Positions 1 through 12,596 of a stretch of DNA of 64,000 nucleotides are shown here, piece by piece. Under the pieces are notes generated by a model. That model was not told where the DNA came from. It was given only the letters and a program-made list of their open reading frames with translations, and did not search any database. Position 1 is the first letter of the stretch; each line of letters starts with the position of its first letter. The DNA is from Octopus vulgaris. Taxonomy: Eukaryota. A program made the translations under genes and the position numbers. The stretch covers positions 57,784,001-57,848,000 of the forward strand of contig OX597821.1 in the NCBI GenBank assembly GCA_951406725.2, given 5' to 3'.

Positions 1-13
1 ACTTATTGGAAGT

Positions 14-56
14 CCACCTGAAGATTGTCGATCAAGACAAGAAACAATTGTAGTGG
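14..56 (+). ncRNA. Minimal type I hammerhead ribozyme motif (Penelope-like element type)
   Basis: CCAC-CTGAAGA-TTGTC(GATCAA)GACAA-GAAA-C(AATT)G-TA-GTGG: stem I CCAC/GTGG, intact CUGANGA and GAAA cores, 5-bp stem II, palindromic short stem III, GUA cleavage triplet; a (TA)n tract follows at ~150. Confidence 0.8.
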
Positions 57-147
57 CGTTTTTTTTACTATTTATTAAAATTTTATGTATTGATTAAGTC
101 TTTCCTTGTTTGTTTTGCAAAATAGTGGTTTTGTCTCTAATAATATT

Positions 148-148
<1 letters not shown>

Positions 149-224
<76 letters not shown>

Positions 225-238
225 CATATACATATACG

Positions 239-277
<39 letters not shown>

Positions 278-298
278 GCACACGCACACACTCACACA
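149..298. repeat. Compound (TA)n/(TACATA)n/(CA)n microsatellite
   Basis: Direct reading. Confidence 0.95.
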
Positions 299-970
299 TT
301 AGGGAGCGCAAATTGAAAGGGATCTAACGAGGTGTGGTTGCTTTAAAAGCTCGTTAGCTCTTTGCTTAGAAAAATAGATTTATATGATTAAGGTAAATAT
401 TGGAGAGAAATGTTTGTTGAATCAACTCTCCTTTTCGCATGGTCATAAGCAGTTGCCAAATTTCGTAATGTTATATCTACAGTACAAACACTTGCCTGTC
501 TTTCCATGTTTCAGAATTTTCATCTAAGAATCCTTTCGAAGTCCAAGTTTGTAAAAATATTTATTTGCAATTCCTGTTACAAAATCCAATAGTTTTTGCA
601 TGCATTGATGCAAAATCTACTTCTGACTTCTATGGAGTATCTTAGCATTTATCTTATTCTTGAAAGATCTATCTAATCTTTTCGGTTTAGGAATTTATTT
701 ATTGATAAAAGAGTGAGGGAGAGTAAAGATGGTGTGCTAACAGAGTTGTTGGTACGTCGGACAAAATGCTGAGAGTCATTTCTTTTAGCACATTATTTTC
801 TGAGTTCAAATCCCGCCGAGGTCAACTTTGTCTTCCATCTCTTCAAGGTCGATTAAATAAAAGTAACATTCAAGTTGATGTAGTTGACTTGTCCTTTTCC
901 CTCAAAAATTACTGGCCCTAGGCCCTGCAATGGACCAACGACTTGTTCGGAGAGAATGTTGTGATTTTAG

Positions 971-1282
971 TCACTTATATGCAGTAAGCCGGATAAACAG
1001 ACTTATGAGTCCAAGGGCCAAACAAAAATACGCTCTAGAAATTCGTCCCGTTTGAGAAATGTAGGAAGCTTAGGAAGTTCTGGTGTCGTGGTGGAAGGGA
1101 CCGAAACAGCTACAGAGCTGCTTCCTCGTTCTGGTGAGGCATCGTCTCCTTCATTCGGAGACAGAGTACAGCTGCACTGCCAGCACACAAGTGTTTACCT
1201 TAGAAATACTCTCACTTGTAACCTTTGTTTTGTCAAGAGATACAACGTTACCGTGTTTCTACGTATTGTCCTATATTTGTGA
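971..1282 (+). other. Candidate coding exon of an unidentified host gene
   Basis: Stop-free frame opens right after TGTGATTTTAG (possible 3' splice site at 969-970) and reads SLICSKPDKQTYESKGQTKIRSRNSSRLRNVGSLGSSGVVVEGTETATELLPRSGEASSPSFGDRVQLHCQHTSV...; unique sequence, GC-richer than flanks; possible donor TG/GTGAGG near 1134. No recognisable domain. Confidence 0.25.
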
Positions 1283-1989
1283 TTCCTTGATAATAATGGT
1301 CCGGGAAAATACTGCAGTTGTTTTTCTTTTTGTTTTTATTCAGTAAATTCACTCATCATTATCTCTCTATCGATCTATCTGTCTATATTTATCTCTCTAT
1401 TTATCTCCGCCTACATCCATCTCTCAATCTATCTATTTACTTATTTACTTCTTTATTCAAATTACTTCTTTATTCAAATCAGTGACAACATTACAGAATG
1501 AAATGTTTGTCGTTGCATTTAAGACATTACGAATGTACGTACCTACGTATGTACGTTTAAATGTGTGAGTGCGTGCATATTTTCTCGTGACCGTTAAGAT
1601 ATTTCTGGGTTTTTTTTCTTCCATTGTATCAGATGTTTTTACTTGGTGTATACCTGGTGACACGTTGTTTTCTCCACGTTTTTTTTTCAATTTTGGTCGC
1701 AAATATTCGTTTACTGAATTTTTTTGCCTTTGTTTACAATTTATAAGGAAGAAGCATGTCTCGATGCTGTTCTCATTGTTAAACTCTGAAGAAAAAACAT
1801 AGTCTTAAAAAAAAATAGAAGAGAGAACTCCACTAACTTCCCTGTTTTTATTTCGTTAGGAAAAATAATTTTTTTTCTGTATCAAACTAATCCAAAAGCT
1901 GGAATAAAATCTTTCGTAGACTTTATAAAATCCAAGATTTTGGAGCACGTTTTTCTGCCTCGATAACCAATAATAATAATAATGATGAT

Positions 1990-2197
1990 TTTAAATTTTG
2001 GCACAAGGCCAGCAATTTCGTGAGAAGAAGATAAGTCGATTAGATCAATCCCAATGCTCGACTGGTACTTATTTTATTGACCCCAAATGAATGAAAGCAA
2101 AGTAGACCTCGGCAGAATTTCAACTCAGAACGCTGCGGCAGACGAAATATCCCTAAGCATTTCGTCCAGCGTGCTAACTACTTACCAACTCGCCGCC

Positions 2198-2200
<3 letters not shown>
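1990..2200 (-). mobile_element. tRNA-derived SINE, family A (degenerate)
   Basis: Reverse complement of the GGCGGCGAGCTGGCAGAA...GAGTTCAAATTCCGCCGAGGTCGACTTTGCCTTTCATCC consensus seen many times in the window. Confidence 0.75.
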
Positions 2201-2259
<59 letters not shown>

Positions 2260-2289
2260 TATGATAATGATGATAATGATGATGATGAT

Positions 2290-3085
2290 GATCCAGCATC
2301 GTTTGCTTTCTTTCTCAATTAACAATATATCTGGCTTCCTATTCTCTATCTCATGGTCGCACTGAATCATAAAATCCCACAGGATCTTTGCATTATCATT
2401 TTAGATGATGCCTTCGGGTTTATGTTCGTACCACTTTTTTACTCTGTCAAGTCTAAACTTGTTTCAAAGTGTCCAATGGACAATCCTTGCTATATTGTCA
2501 TGACGTCTCTTATATTCTTTCAGGGCTAGTGGCGTACATTGGCTGGTAATATGCCATACGGGTTCACCATTTTGTCCACAGAATCTGAACTTATCACTTT
2601 TTGATGTGTTGTCTATTCTGTATTTGATGTAATTGGTTCTTAGTGCTTACTTTTGGGCAGCACAGATTAGAGCCTCCGTTTCCGGTTTTAAATCTCTTTT
2701 AGTCATCCATAGACATCTTTTTACTCTGTCTATCTTATCTTCAACATCCCTATGAAATTGTTCATACATTCTTTCCTTTATCCACCTATTTTCAGTTTCA
2801 TTCATTCTCAAGTGCTTGTACAGTGCTTTATCTTTGCAATCTTCCATCCTACATACTTCCTTCTTACTTCCAATAATAGTGGTTCCGTGGCATTTTTTAC
2901 ATACCGTGCTATGTTGTTTTCTTCTGCTCTAATGCTGTGTTCGTATCCAATCAGTCCTCTTTCTCCTCTTTTTCTTGATACATACAGTCTGTCTGTATCA
3001 CTTTTTTGGGTGAAGTATCACATATCTAGTCAGCAACTTTCTTGTCTTTCTCTTCTAAGCAGTTTAGTTCGTCTACTGTCCAGAC
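2290..3085 (-). pseudogene. Fragment of RLE-type non-LTR retrotransposon (R4/Dong-like), post-RT/CCHC/endonuclease region
   Basis: Minus-strand pieces HPKSDTDRLYVSRKRGERGLI, KRDLKPETEALICAAQ and DHEIENRKPDILLIEKESKRCWII align to the intact copy at 18700-20565; ends in an (ATC)n/(ATT)n tract. Confidence 0.85.
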
Positions 3086-3339
3086 GATTGCCTCTGGAAA
3101 TCATTCTGCCGACTAAAAAAGTTTAGTAATAGAATTAGAATAGTTAGAATACTTAGTGGTGTACTCCCATATACAGGAAAAGGCTACTTCCGGCGTGGGT
3201 AACTGTAGGAGTATTTTGATTAGGTCATAAAATAAAAAATAAAAAGAAATAAAACTGGAAATACGGGTAGTTACAGAGCTAAAATAATAACAGTTAACTA
3301 TATTTTATTTCAGTTCTATATTTAAGAGATGAGGAATTA

Positions 3340-3461
3340 TGTACATTATTTACATTATTTACACTATTTACATTTGACGGATATGCCCAAGAGTATATGG
3401 CGTAGTGGTTAAGAACGCGGGCTACTAACCCCAAGATTCCTAGTTCGATTCCAGGCAGTGA

Positions 3462-3542
<81 letters not shown>

Positions 3543-3685
3543 CACCGAAAAATACATTAGGAATGAGTACCCAGGTTCGAAATTTCCCGAAGACACCTGA
3601 TAAAAACTGGGGGGTATATCAGCCGAAACGCGGTGCTAACAACAAACAAGATGAGGACAAATATCCGTCAAATGTAAATAATGTA
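3340..3685 (+). mobile_element. Composite repeat: tRNA-like head + (AAT)n + degenerate hammerhead, bounded by inverted repeats
   Basis: A box TGGCGTAGTGG (~3398), B box GTTCGATTCC (~3443), (AAT)n 3466-3538, CAC-CTGATAA...CAGCC-GAAA-CGCG-GTG at 3594-3635; TATTTACATTTGACGGATAT (~3365-3384) is inverted at 3661-3680. Confidence 0.55.
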
Positions 3686-3688
3686 TAT

Positions 3689-3720
<32 letters not shown>

Positions 3721-4139
3721 TATATATATATGACGGGCTTTCACACAGTATCCGCCTACTAAATTCACTGACAAAGCATTGGTTGGACCAGGACTACAGT
3801 AGAAGAAGGCACTTGCCCAAGGTGCCGCGCAGTGGGACTGAACCAGAAACTATGTGGATGCAAAGCGAGTTTCTTTATCACACAGCCATGGTTGACGAAA
3901 AATTCAAACAAACCAGAAAAATATATGGTATTCATAATATATAATAAGAAAGATCCTTAAAACAGAAACAGAACAACTCATACAAGCAATATACACTGAA
4001 ACCAAAGAAATGCAAAAAATTGTAGTAAGAACCCGACTGGGATTCGAACCTTTGGATTTTATCAGCCTAGAATCATGACCTGATATATTTCGATAACAGG
4101 CAAAGAGGTGCATAAAAGGGATTAACGCCTAAAGGATAT

Positions 4140-4416
4140 GATACGGCCAATCAGCAGTGATTCACTTATTTATGGTTGAGAAAGTAACTTCAGAGGAAGT
4201 GTGCAGGTTTTCCCGCCGGACGGATTCTAGAATCTTCTGATCTGATAGTTATTTGAAAGCAAGCAAATTCAAATTAGAGAGATCTATTTCAAGATTTGTT
4301 CAGGTCGATCGTGTTTTCCCCCGCACGGAAGTGTCTTTCCTCTCTCATCTCTCGCATTCCCTAGCCTCAAACAGTAGTGTTAATCATCGAATATTCATTA
4401 TAGCCAGGGTGAGTCA
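4140..4416 (+). promoter_or_regulatory. Promoter-like motif cluster with possible first-exon donor
   Basis: GGCCAATCAG (CCAAT, ~4147), TTTTCCCGCC (E2F-like, 4208), aTTCtaGAAtcTTCt (3-unit HSE, 4224-4238), TTTGAA (CHR-like, 4252), CGGAAGTG (ETS-like, ~4326), AGG/GTGAGT donor-like at 4409. Confidence 0.3.
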
Positions 4417-4494
4417 TATGCTCTGTACCTCTTTCACAATATTTATTTATTGGGTGTACGGCTATAAACTCAATGAGGTAGGGAAATAAGATAT

Positions 4495-4860
4495 TTTATC
4501 TTTTACTTGTTTCAGTCACTTGACTACGGCCATAATGGGGTGCCACCTTGATCCCAGTACTTACGTTTTTAAGGTCTGGTACTTGGTACTTATTCTATCG
4601 GTATCTTTTGCCGAACTTCTAAGTTGCGGGGGCATAAACACACCAAAACCAGTTGTCAAGCCCGGACACACACAAATACCATACACATATGTATACATAT
4701 ACACACGACGGGCTTCTGTCAGTTTCCGCCTCCCAAATCCAGTCACGAGATTTTGGTCGGTCCGAGATTTTAGCAGAAAGACCCAAGGTGCCACGTAGTG
4801 GAACTGAACCCGGAACGACGCGGTTGGGGATCTAGCTTCTTACCATACAGCCACACCCGC
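4495..4860 (-). mobile_element. tRNA-derived SINE, family B
   Basis: Reverse complement of GTGGCTGTGTGGTAAG...GGTTCAGTCCCACTGCGTGGCACCTTGGG...GACGGAAACTGAAAGAAGCCCGTCG...TGACTGAAACAAGTAAAA. Confidence 0.85.
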
Positions 4861-6504
4861 GCGTATTTGGAAATTCAGACAAATTCTAGAGTAGTTATCT
4901 TCAAAACGCACAGCGTACCTAATATTAAGAACAGCCGAAAAAGAAGACAAAGCTATAAACTCTGTTAAAAATTATCTCCAGCCCCAACCACCCACCACAA
5001 CTACTTGTCGAAGAAAACATTCGTTGCAGAATAGGAGTACGGAAGAAACAACAGCACTCGGCATCTCAAACCAAGAACTCGGAGAACAAACTCGACGTGT
5101 CTAAAAGCACCACATACATTAAATTGACCCCGGACCCTGAAATTTCCGAACCGTTATTCTAAACCGCTGAAATCGATAATTCCACATAGGGAAATGGTAA
5201 CCTCCAGCAAGAATCAACAACTAAAATGGTACTACAAGGTAAAACACCCGTGAAAACAACATGGCGCTTGATTTTTCTAGAAAATCCAACTAGTTATCCT
5301 CTAGAAACGCAGATCCTGAATGAATACAACCTGGCTACCACTGGAATATTTTTTCTGAACCAGTAATATCTGTATTCGATGGGTGATGCTTTCACATTTC
5401 ATAATATATAGCCACGGTAAATAACGGCTCTTGGCTGCTGTTGATAGCACATTTTAGTTTCTTTGCCGTTTTAGTGCGACTAGATTTCTAAAATTATTTC
5501 ATTAATTTCTTCACCTAATGTGATTTTCTCATTTCATTGTGCTATTCCAACATTTCTTGGGAATTTCAGAAACACTGCATAAACGTTTTATTTTGCATGT
5601 GCATAGCATTTTTGCACCAGTTTTGTAATAATAACTTTTTTGGATATGGATAATACCTTTTTTTTCTGTCTTCATTTTCAATTGCATTCCTTTTGTGTTT
5701 TGCATTTGCAATATCTGCCTTCTTTGCTATATTTCCTTGTTTGTGTTTTAAAATTGTTGCTTTATTTATGCGCACGCACTTTTCCTCATAAACAGGATTA
5801 TTCTTCACAAGCATCATATAATTTGTTCTCACTACTTCTGCACGTTACTTTTTTAGTACACATTTACCTGCAGCTTTGTTATGTTGACAGTATTTTCGCT
5901 CTCCTACTTCGTTGTTGAACACGTTGGCATGAGCAAAATCCTGAAAGCATTAAGCTCAATTATCTTCAGCTATCTTTTCTGCATGACGTCTGCGTTCGAT
6001 TTTTGTGCATATTTTTCATGGTGACCTTTCTCTATTGGCATTTATGCAACAGTCATTTATGCACTCATGTAACGCATTGTTTTCTTGCTCTAGTGTATTC
6101 GCCACCTGGTTTGGCAGGAATGTTTTTATTTTCTAAGGACGGTTAACATTCTTTTTCTTTTGGCTTTTCTAACGTTATGGCAAACATGCAAGCATATACC
6201 CATGCTGCAACAAGCGATAATTCTTCATACTGTTCCCTGCTTCTCAATTCAACTTGCTTAACACAGGCATTTTTTTGTTTGGTTTTGCTTTTGGTGGTGG
6301 GGAGGAGATTTTCTTTTTTGGAAATTCTAAAAGAAAAAATTGGTTCTCCATGATTACGACGACGAGTGTTCCAATTCTTTACTATTCTAGGCACAAGGCC
6401 CAAATTTTTTGGGGGTGGGGGCAATCGATTAGATCGACCCTAGTACGCAACTGGTACTTAATTTATCGACCGCGAAAGGATGAAAGGCAAAGTCGACCTC
6501 GATG

Positions 6505-6752
6505 AGTGTTCCAACTGACCGATCAATGGAACAGCTTGCTCGAGAAATTAACTGAGCACTCCACAGATACGCATACCCTTAACGCAGTTCTCAAGGTGAT
6601 TTAACGTGACATAGAATGTAACAATTTGGACCTTTGAATTCCAAAAGCGTGAAATAAAATGTCTTGTTTAAGAACACAACGTGTTACCGGGAATCGAACT
6701 CACAACCTTACGAACGTGAGCCGAATTCCCTAACCACTAAGCCACGCGCCTG
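6505..6752 (-). mobile_element. tRNA-derived SINE, family C
   Basis: Homologous to 35495-35795; tRNA-like head GGCGCGTGGCTTAGTGGTTAGG...GAGTTCGATTCCCGG on minus strand. Confidence 0.75.
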
Positions 6753-9358
6753 CAACAATTCTAAAACAGTATAATCAATTCTGCATTACTTTTGGATTTT
6801 CTTTTTTGTTTATTTTACTTAATTTGAAGAAAAACTTTAGAATGTAAAAGTAATGAATAAAGCAGTTTTAGATAAAAAAAAAAATTTCACAAGTCAATTC
6901 GGCAGTGATACGCATATACGTCTAATGAATACAAACATCACGTAGAGACTTAATAAGCTACCGGATCTAGGGGAAATGCTGTCATCTCGGTCACTTATAC
7001 TCCGTTGAAGCCTGGCACCTAGTCCTTAAACGACAAGACAACACTTTACTGAATTTATTGTCTCTGAACTTCGTATAAATACGAAATAACATTCCGTATT
7101 CTTCGATACTGGTTGCCATTACATCGAGCACTAATCACTGTCTTCTATCATTTGCATATATAATTTACTGGCGTTATTTCGTTCACTGTGACTTGTTAAG
7201 CTTTCTAATGCATTTATCCACTTCATCCAGCATTTGTTTCCGTCCACCAAAGAAGGATTGCAAAATATGTCAGTATGAATATTACACTCAAGGTAATATC
7301 TATATATTAATAAAATTAGTTTGGTAACGCCGACGTGTCAGTCTGTTATAGTCACTACACCCTCCTACTCCAACTAGCCGTACAAAGATTTTAGCGTTCC
7401 AGTAAATAATAAATAAATGGAAATATGACTCATTGTCTACTGGTATCTGTGTGTGTGTGTGTGTGTGCGTGTGTGTGTGTGTGTGTGCGTGCGGAGGCAC
7501 ATGGCCTAGTGGTTGGATCAGCGGACGCGCGATCGAGGAATCGCGGGTTCGAAGCTCAGGCCGGGCGATGTGTGTGTTTAAGAGCGAAATACCTAAGCTC
7601 CACGCGACTCCGGCAGAAGGTAATGGTGAACTTCTGTTGACTCTTTCGCCACAACTTTCTCTCATTTTTTCCTCAGTGTGTCACAGGGTGATCCACTTAC
7701 AAGTAAGTTGACTGGAGCAACATGAAACGGAGTGTTTTGCTCAAGAATACAATACAGCGCCCGGTCCAGGAATCGAAACCACAATCTTGCGAGCGACTCC
7801 TACCAACTAAGCTATGCACCTTCATAAAGTACAAAGTGTAATATTATTCTCAAATTTTAGCACAAGGCCAGCAATTTTGGGGAAGCAGGTAAGTCGATAA
7901 CATCGAACCCAGGGCTTAACTAGTATTTATTTTATCGGTGGAATTTGAACTCAGAATGGGCAGATAGACGAGGTGCCGCTCAGCATTTTGGCCGGCGTGC
8001 TAACGATTCTACCTGCTCGCCACCTTTCCAAAGTATAATATTAGAATTAAAAAGTCACACACATAGTTTTCGATATAACAGTTATAGCGTTATTGAAATA
8101 TTTTCATGAATGTTAGAAGCTTGTATATGTAGGGAGGGTAGGCCAATCGTCAACACGTCTGTTTTTCACTTGCTAGCTGTATATGAAATTTCGGTTTCCC
8201 TGACCTGACCTGACCTTTTCCAGGAAAGAATTACAACAAAAATAAATCAAGTGTATTCAAGACTAGAAAGAAGAGTTTTACATGGGTACTTTACCAAGAA
8301 AACTAGAATAATATGAGAAAAAGAATAGCAGGAATTAGAAGGCAGGTGGAATAAATAATAATGAGAGCAAACGTAAACCCTGATAAAGGGCGCAAAAGAA
8401 CGAACAACTGAAACAAAAGTTGAAGAGAAATATTGTGCGTTGCAAAATAGTCAACAAATCTGTGAGTGATAGAGAGTGAACGCTAAGGCGGCGAGTTGGC
8501 AAATTCGTTAACAGGCAGGACAAAAATGCCTTGCGGTATTTCGCCCGTCTTTACGTTCTTAGTTCGCCGGGGTCGACTTTGCCATTCATACTTTTGGGGT
8601 CGAGGGAAAATATCAGTTGAGCAGAGGGTTTGAATTAATCGACTTATCACTTCCCCTGAAATTGCTGGCCTTGTGCCCAATTTTGAAACCTATGTAGAGT
8701 GTACAAACTTTATAAAAACAAGAGGAAGTAGGAGAAAATTGTTTTGGGTTGTAAGGTGTTTGATTCAATGTTGGTGAAATCTAGGTCTATGACCACGGCG
8801 ATGATAAATAATAAACAACAGCAACAGCAACAAAGTCCGCAAGTACAACGGGGATACTTTGTACCGCACAATCTTTGACATAACAAGCAAAGGATCGCCA
8901 AGGGTGGAAAGCATTTTGATCATAAGTCTGTTCAATCAGAAATAACCTGCAGCTATACAACAAACATACCGAAATATCAACATTAACAACAATGAATGTT
9001 ATCGCAAACAGGAACTCTAGAAAGACATAAATTGTGAATCGAAGAAACATCTTAAGAAATGTCTGATGAACAAAGTAGCTTCCAATAATTAATTAGAAAG
9101 ACATAATTTTGTTCAATATGCTAAAAGTCACTCTAAATTTAGAATCTTTGGTTGAGACGTGGGGTGTGACTGGAATGATGATAATAATTTCATTGATGGC
9201 CTAAAAATGCCTGCAGGCGACGCAAGAGAACGATTCTACAAATGCGAATATGTACAACCATTTTCTAAATTTGTTTCATACTGACTTGATTTTAGATGCA
9301 AATAGAATATTACTAAATTAACTTGAAAAGATCGATAACAACACTATGTGCACCTGTT

Positions 9359-9429
<71 letters not shown>

Positions 9430-9497
9430 CTCATATATATATATTCATATATATATACATATATATTCATATATATATATACATATATATATATATG

Positions 9498-9596
<99 letters not shown>

Positions 9597-10409
9597 GCTC
9601 ACACACACACAGAAGTATACACATTCACATATCCTCATAGGTTATTAGGGTTTTTGTGTGTGTATGTGTTTGCACATATTTATAAATTTATGGGATTGAG
9701 TGTACATATGTATTCGTGTGCGGGTCTGCGTGTGTGTTTGTGGTCTGCCTATGGTAAACTTTATAGTTTTCAAACAATTTAAGATAGAAATAAAAACAGG
9801 AAGTAGATTGTTAAAAGTGTGTACCACTGACATGCTGTCAAGGTAGGCAACTCCAACATAGAGTAAAATTAGAAATATTACTCAATGTAACATGTCACAT
9901 ATTTTCCAAATCATTCTAAAAGTGTAATTTTACTACTTAGAATTTCGTACATAATACAGTAAATCCATGATTTGATATTATACAGCTACGTATTCTCTAC
10001 GTTATTCAGCCGGTATATCTATCCCGTACGCATAAAAAATAGTGCCAAAGATAGAATGAACCTTGCATTTTCGCTCAGAACCAGTTAGAAATGAAGAGTG
10101 TGCGTGCTTGTGTCAGTTTTTGAGCATGTGTGTGCGTATATGTATCTGCGTGTGTGAAAGAGAGAGAGAGAGGTGCGGAGAGAGACAGAGAGAGAGAGAG
10201 AGAGAGCCTATGCGCATGTGTATGTAACTGCGTTTATGAGTAGGTGCCGCTCGGAATTGATCAAATATTTCCTGATATATTGTATTTCATGCGAGCATAT
10301 TAAATAATATAATTATGGATAAAGATACGCTATACACAACAGAAACTGCATTATATTTAAATAGCTGTTTATGTATCATATTCAATAGCGCAGGCGTGGC
10401 TGCGTGGTA

Positions 10410-10642
10410 AGGTGGTGAGCTGGCAGAAACGTTAGCACGCCGGGCGAAATACATAGCGGTATTTAGTCTGCCGTTACGTTCTGAGTTCAAATTCCGCCGA
10501 GGTCGACTTTGCCTTTCATCCCTTTGGGGTCGATAAATTAAGTACCAGTTACGCACTGGGGTCGATGTAATTCACGTAATGCCTTTGTCTGTCCTTGTTT
10601 GCCCCCTCTATGTTTAGCCCCTTGTGGGCAATAAAGAAATAA
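10410..10642 (+). mobile_element. tRNA-derived SINE, family A (near full length)
   Basis: GGTGGTGAGCTGGCAGAAACGTTAGCACGCCGGGCG...GAGTTCAAATTCC (B box)...GTCGACTTTGCCTTTCATCC...GGGGTCGATAAATTAAGTACCAG...TAAAGAAATAAG. Confidence 0.85.
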
Positions 10643-11054
10643 GAAGCTTGATTCCCAACTATACGCTTCCGGGTTCAGTTACATTGTCTGGTACCTTGAG
10701 CAAGTATTTCTGCTATAGCCTTGAGCCAAGCAAAATCTTGTCAATGGACATGGTAGACGGAAACTGAAAGAAGCCAGTCGTATATGTGTGAATGTGTATG
10801 TGTGTGTGCGATGGGAGACAAACATACGCACACACAAACAATCACAAACACACACACACAAATGTACATATATACGCGTGCGTCTGTGTGTATGTGTGTG
10901 TATACATGATGAGTTTCTACACAGTTTCCTTTTACAAAATTAATTCACACTGCATTGGTCGGCTCAGTTGAGGGAGAAAACAAACTTGTCCAAGGCGCAA
11001 CGCAGTGGGACGGAACCCAAAAGCAAGCGTTTATAAATCGTACTTCCTAATCAT

Positions 11055-11203
11055 TGTGTGGAAAGTAGCTTGCTTACCAACCACATGGTTCCGGGTTCAG
11101 TCCCACTGCGTGGCACCTTGGGCAAGTGTCTTCTACTATAGCCTCGGGTCGACCAAAGCCTTGTGAGTGGATTTCGTAGAGGGAAATTGAAAGAAGTCCG
11201 TCG

Positions 11204-11253
<50 letters not shown>

Positions 11254-11446
11254 TGTGTTTGTCCCCCCAACATCGCTTGACAACCGATGCTGGTGTGTTT
11301 ACGTACCTGTAACTTAGCGGTTTGGCATAAGAGACCGATGCAATATCTACTAGGCTTACAAAGAATAAGTCCTGGGGTCGATTTGCTCGACTAAAAGGCG
11401 GTGCTCCAGCATGGCCACAGTTAAATGACTCAAACAAGTAAAAGAG
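11055..11446 (+). mobile_element. tRNA-derived SINE, family B (full length, internal (TA)n(TG)n)
   Basis: Complete consensus from tRNA-like head through CCTTGGGCAAGTG and the internal microsatellite to the AAACAAGTAAAAGAGTA tail. Confidence 0.9.
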
Positions 11447-11449
11447 TAT

Positions 11450-12015
11450 ATGCACAAGGCCCGAATTTTCATGGGAGGGGATAAGTCGACTGCATCGATC
11501 CCAGTATTAAACTGGTGCTTATTTCATCGATCCCAAAAGGATGAAATGCAAAGTCAATGTCAGCGGAATTTGAACTTAGAACGTAGTTACGTGCAAAATA
11601 CCTATTTCTTTACTACCCACAAGGGGCTAAACACAGAGGGGACAACAAGGACAGACAAACGGATTAAGTCGATTATATCGACCCCAATGCGTAACTGGTA
11701 CTTCTTTAATCGACCCCGAAAGGATGGAAGGCAAAGTTGACCTCGGCGGAATTTGAACTCAGAACGTAACGGCAGACGAAATACTTATCTTTTTACCATC
11801 CACAAGGGGCTAAACACAGAGGGGACAAACAAGGACAGACAAACGGATTAAGTCGATTATATCGAGCCTAGTGCGTAACTGGTACTTCTTTAATCGACCC
11901 CGAAAGGATGAAAGGCTAAGTCGACCTCGGCGGAATTCGAACTCAGAACGTAACGGCAGACGAAATACGGCTATGCATTTCGCCCGGCGTGCTAACGTTT
12001 CTGCCAGCTCGCCGT
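11450..12015 (-). mobile_element. Tandem array of family A SINE units (one full, two partial)
   Basis: Repeated CCCACAAGGGGCTAAACACAGAGGGGAC...CCCCGAAAGGATG...CTCAGAACGTAACGGCAGACGAAATAC blocks at ~180-bp spacing. Confidence 0.85.
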
Positions 12016-12596
12016 CTTCGAGCTTCCTCATTATACGACTATGCCCGCGCCTACACAGCAATTTCCTGCGCTTTGATAATTACTTTTTTAAGATATTTGT
12101 CGCATCATGAATAAATAATATATATCCATTAATTACAGATTAACAAGGACGTCATTAAATGGCAAATTATATTCGCTCTGACAGTAGCTAATCGATAGGA
12201 AAAGCAAACGACCATCCCATCTGATCCAATTATCTAATTCTAAAGTAAACCAATACGGTATAAGTTCCGTGTATAATAAATACGTAATTAATATTTGTTA
12301 AATACCAATCACTGCTAACAAAAACAAACTTCAATCTAATAAAAGTGTAAATCAACCCTGTAAAAAGTTCTCTCTCATTCTCTCTCTCTCTCTCTCTCTC
12401 TCTTCCTCTTTCTCTCTCCATATTGCTTTGTCAATGTAGCATTCACAGAGACGATGTATTTGTTATCAAATCTCATGCTAGAAAATAATTTTACAATAAT
12501 GTTTGCTTCTGTTAAAACATCAAGTACACTCATGAGTAAATTCAAATTACGTTGGCAAATAAAATATTCTTTTCATAGTATTCGTAATAGAATTGA

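Noticed and set aside
75-327. YIYI/THTH/VCVC ORFs here and throughout (e.g. 9323-9782, 24313-24886, 27917-29080, 53193-53923)
   Set aside because: Stop-free translations of (TA)n, (CA)n and (CATA)n microsatellites
4870-6250. Coding-like composition patches (also 13205-13474, 27040-27500 and 50000-50460)
   Set aside because: Multiple stops and no motif I can assign with confidence; probably decayed TE sequence
7495-7570. tRNA gene candidate (A/B boxes)
   Set aside because: Continues into SINE body sequence; acceptor stem not formed and no T-run terminator
10287-10556. Recurrent MRNWYLIYRP..RQSRPRRNLNSER and RRHLPKVPRSGTEP peptides
   Set aside because: Antisense translations of SINE families A and B, not a gene family
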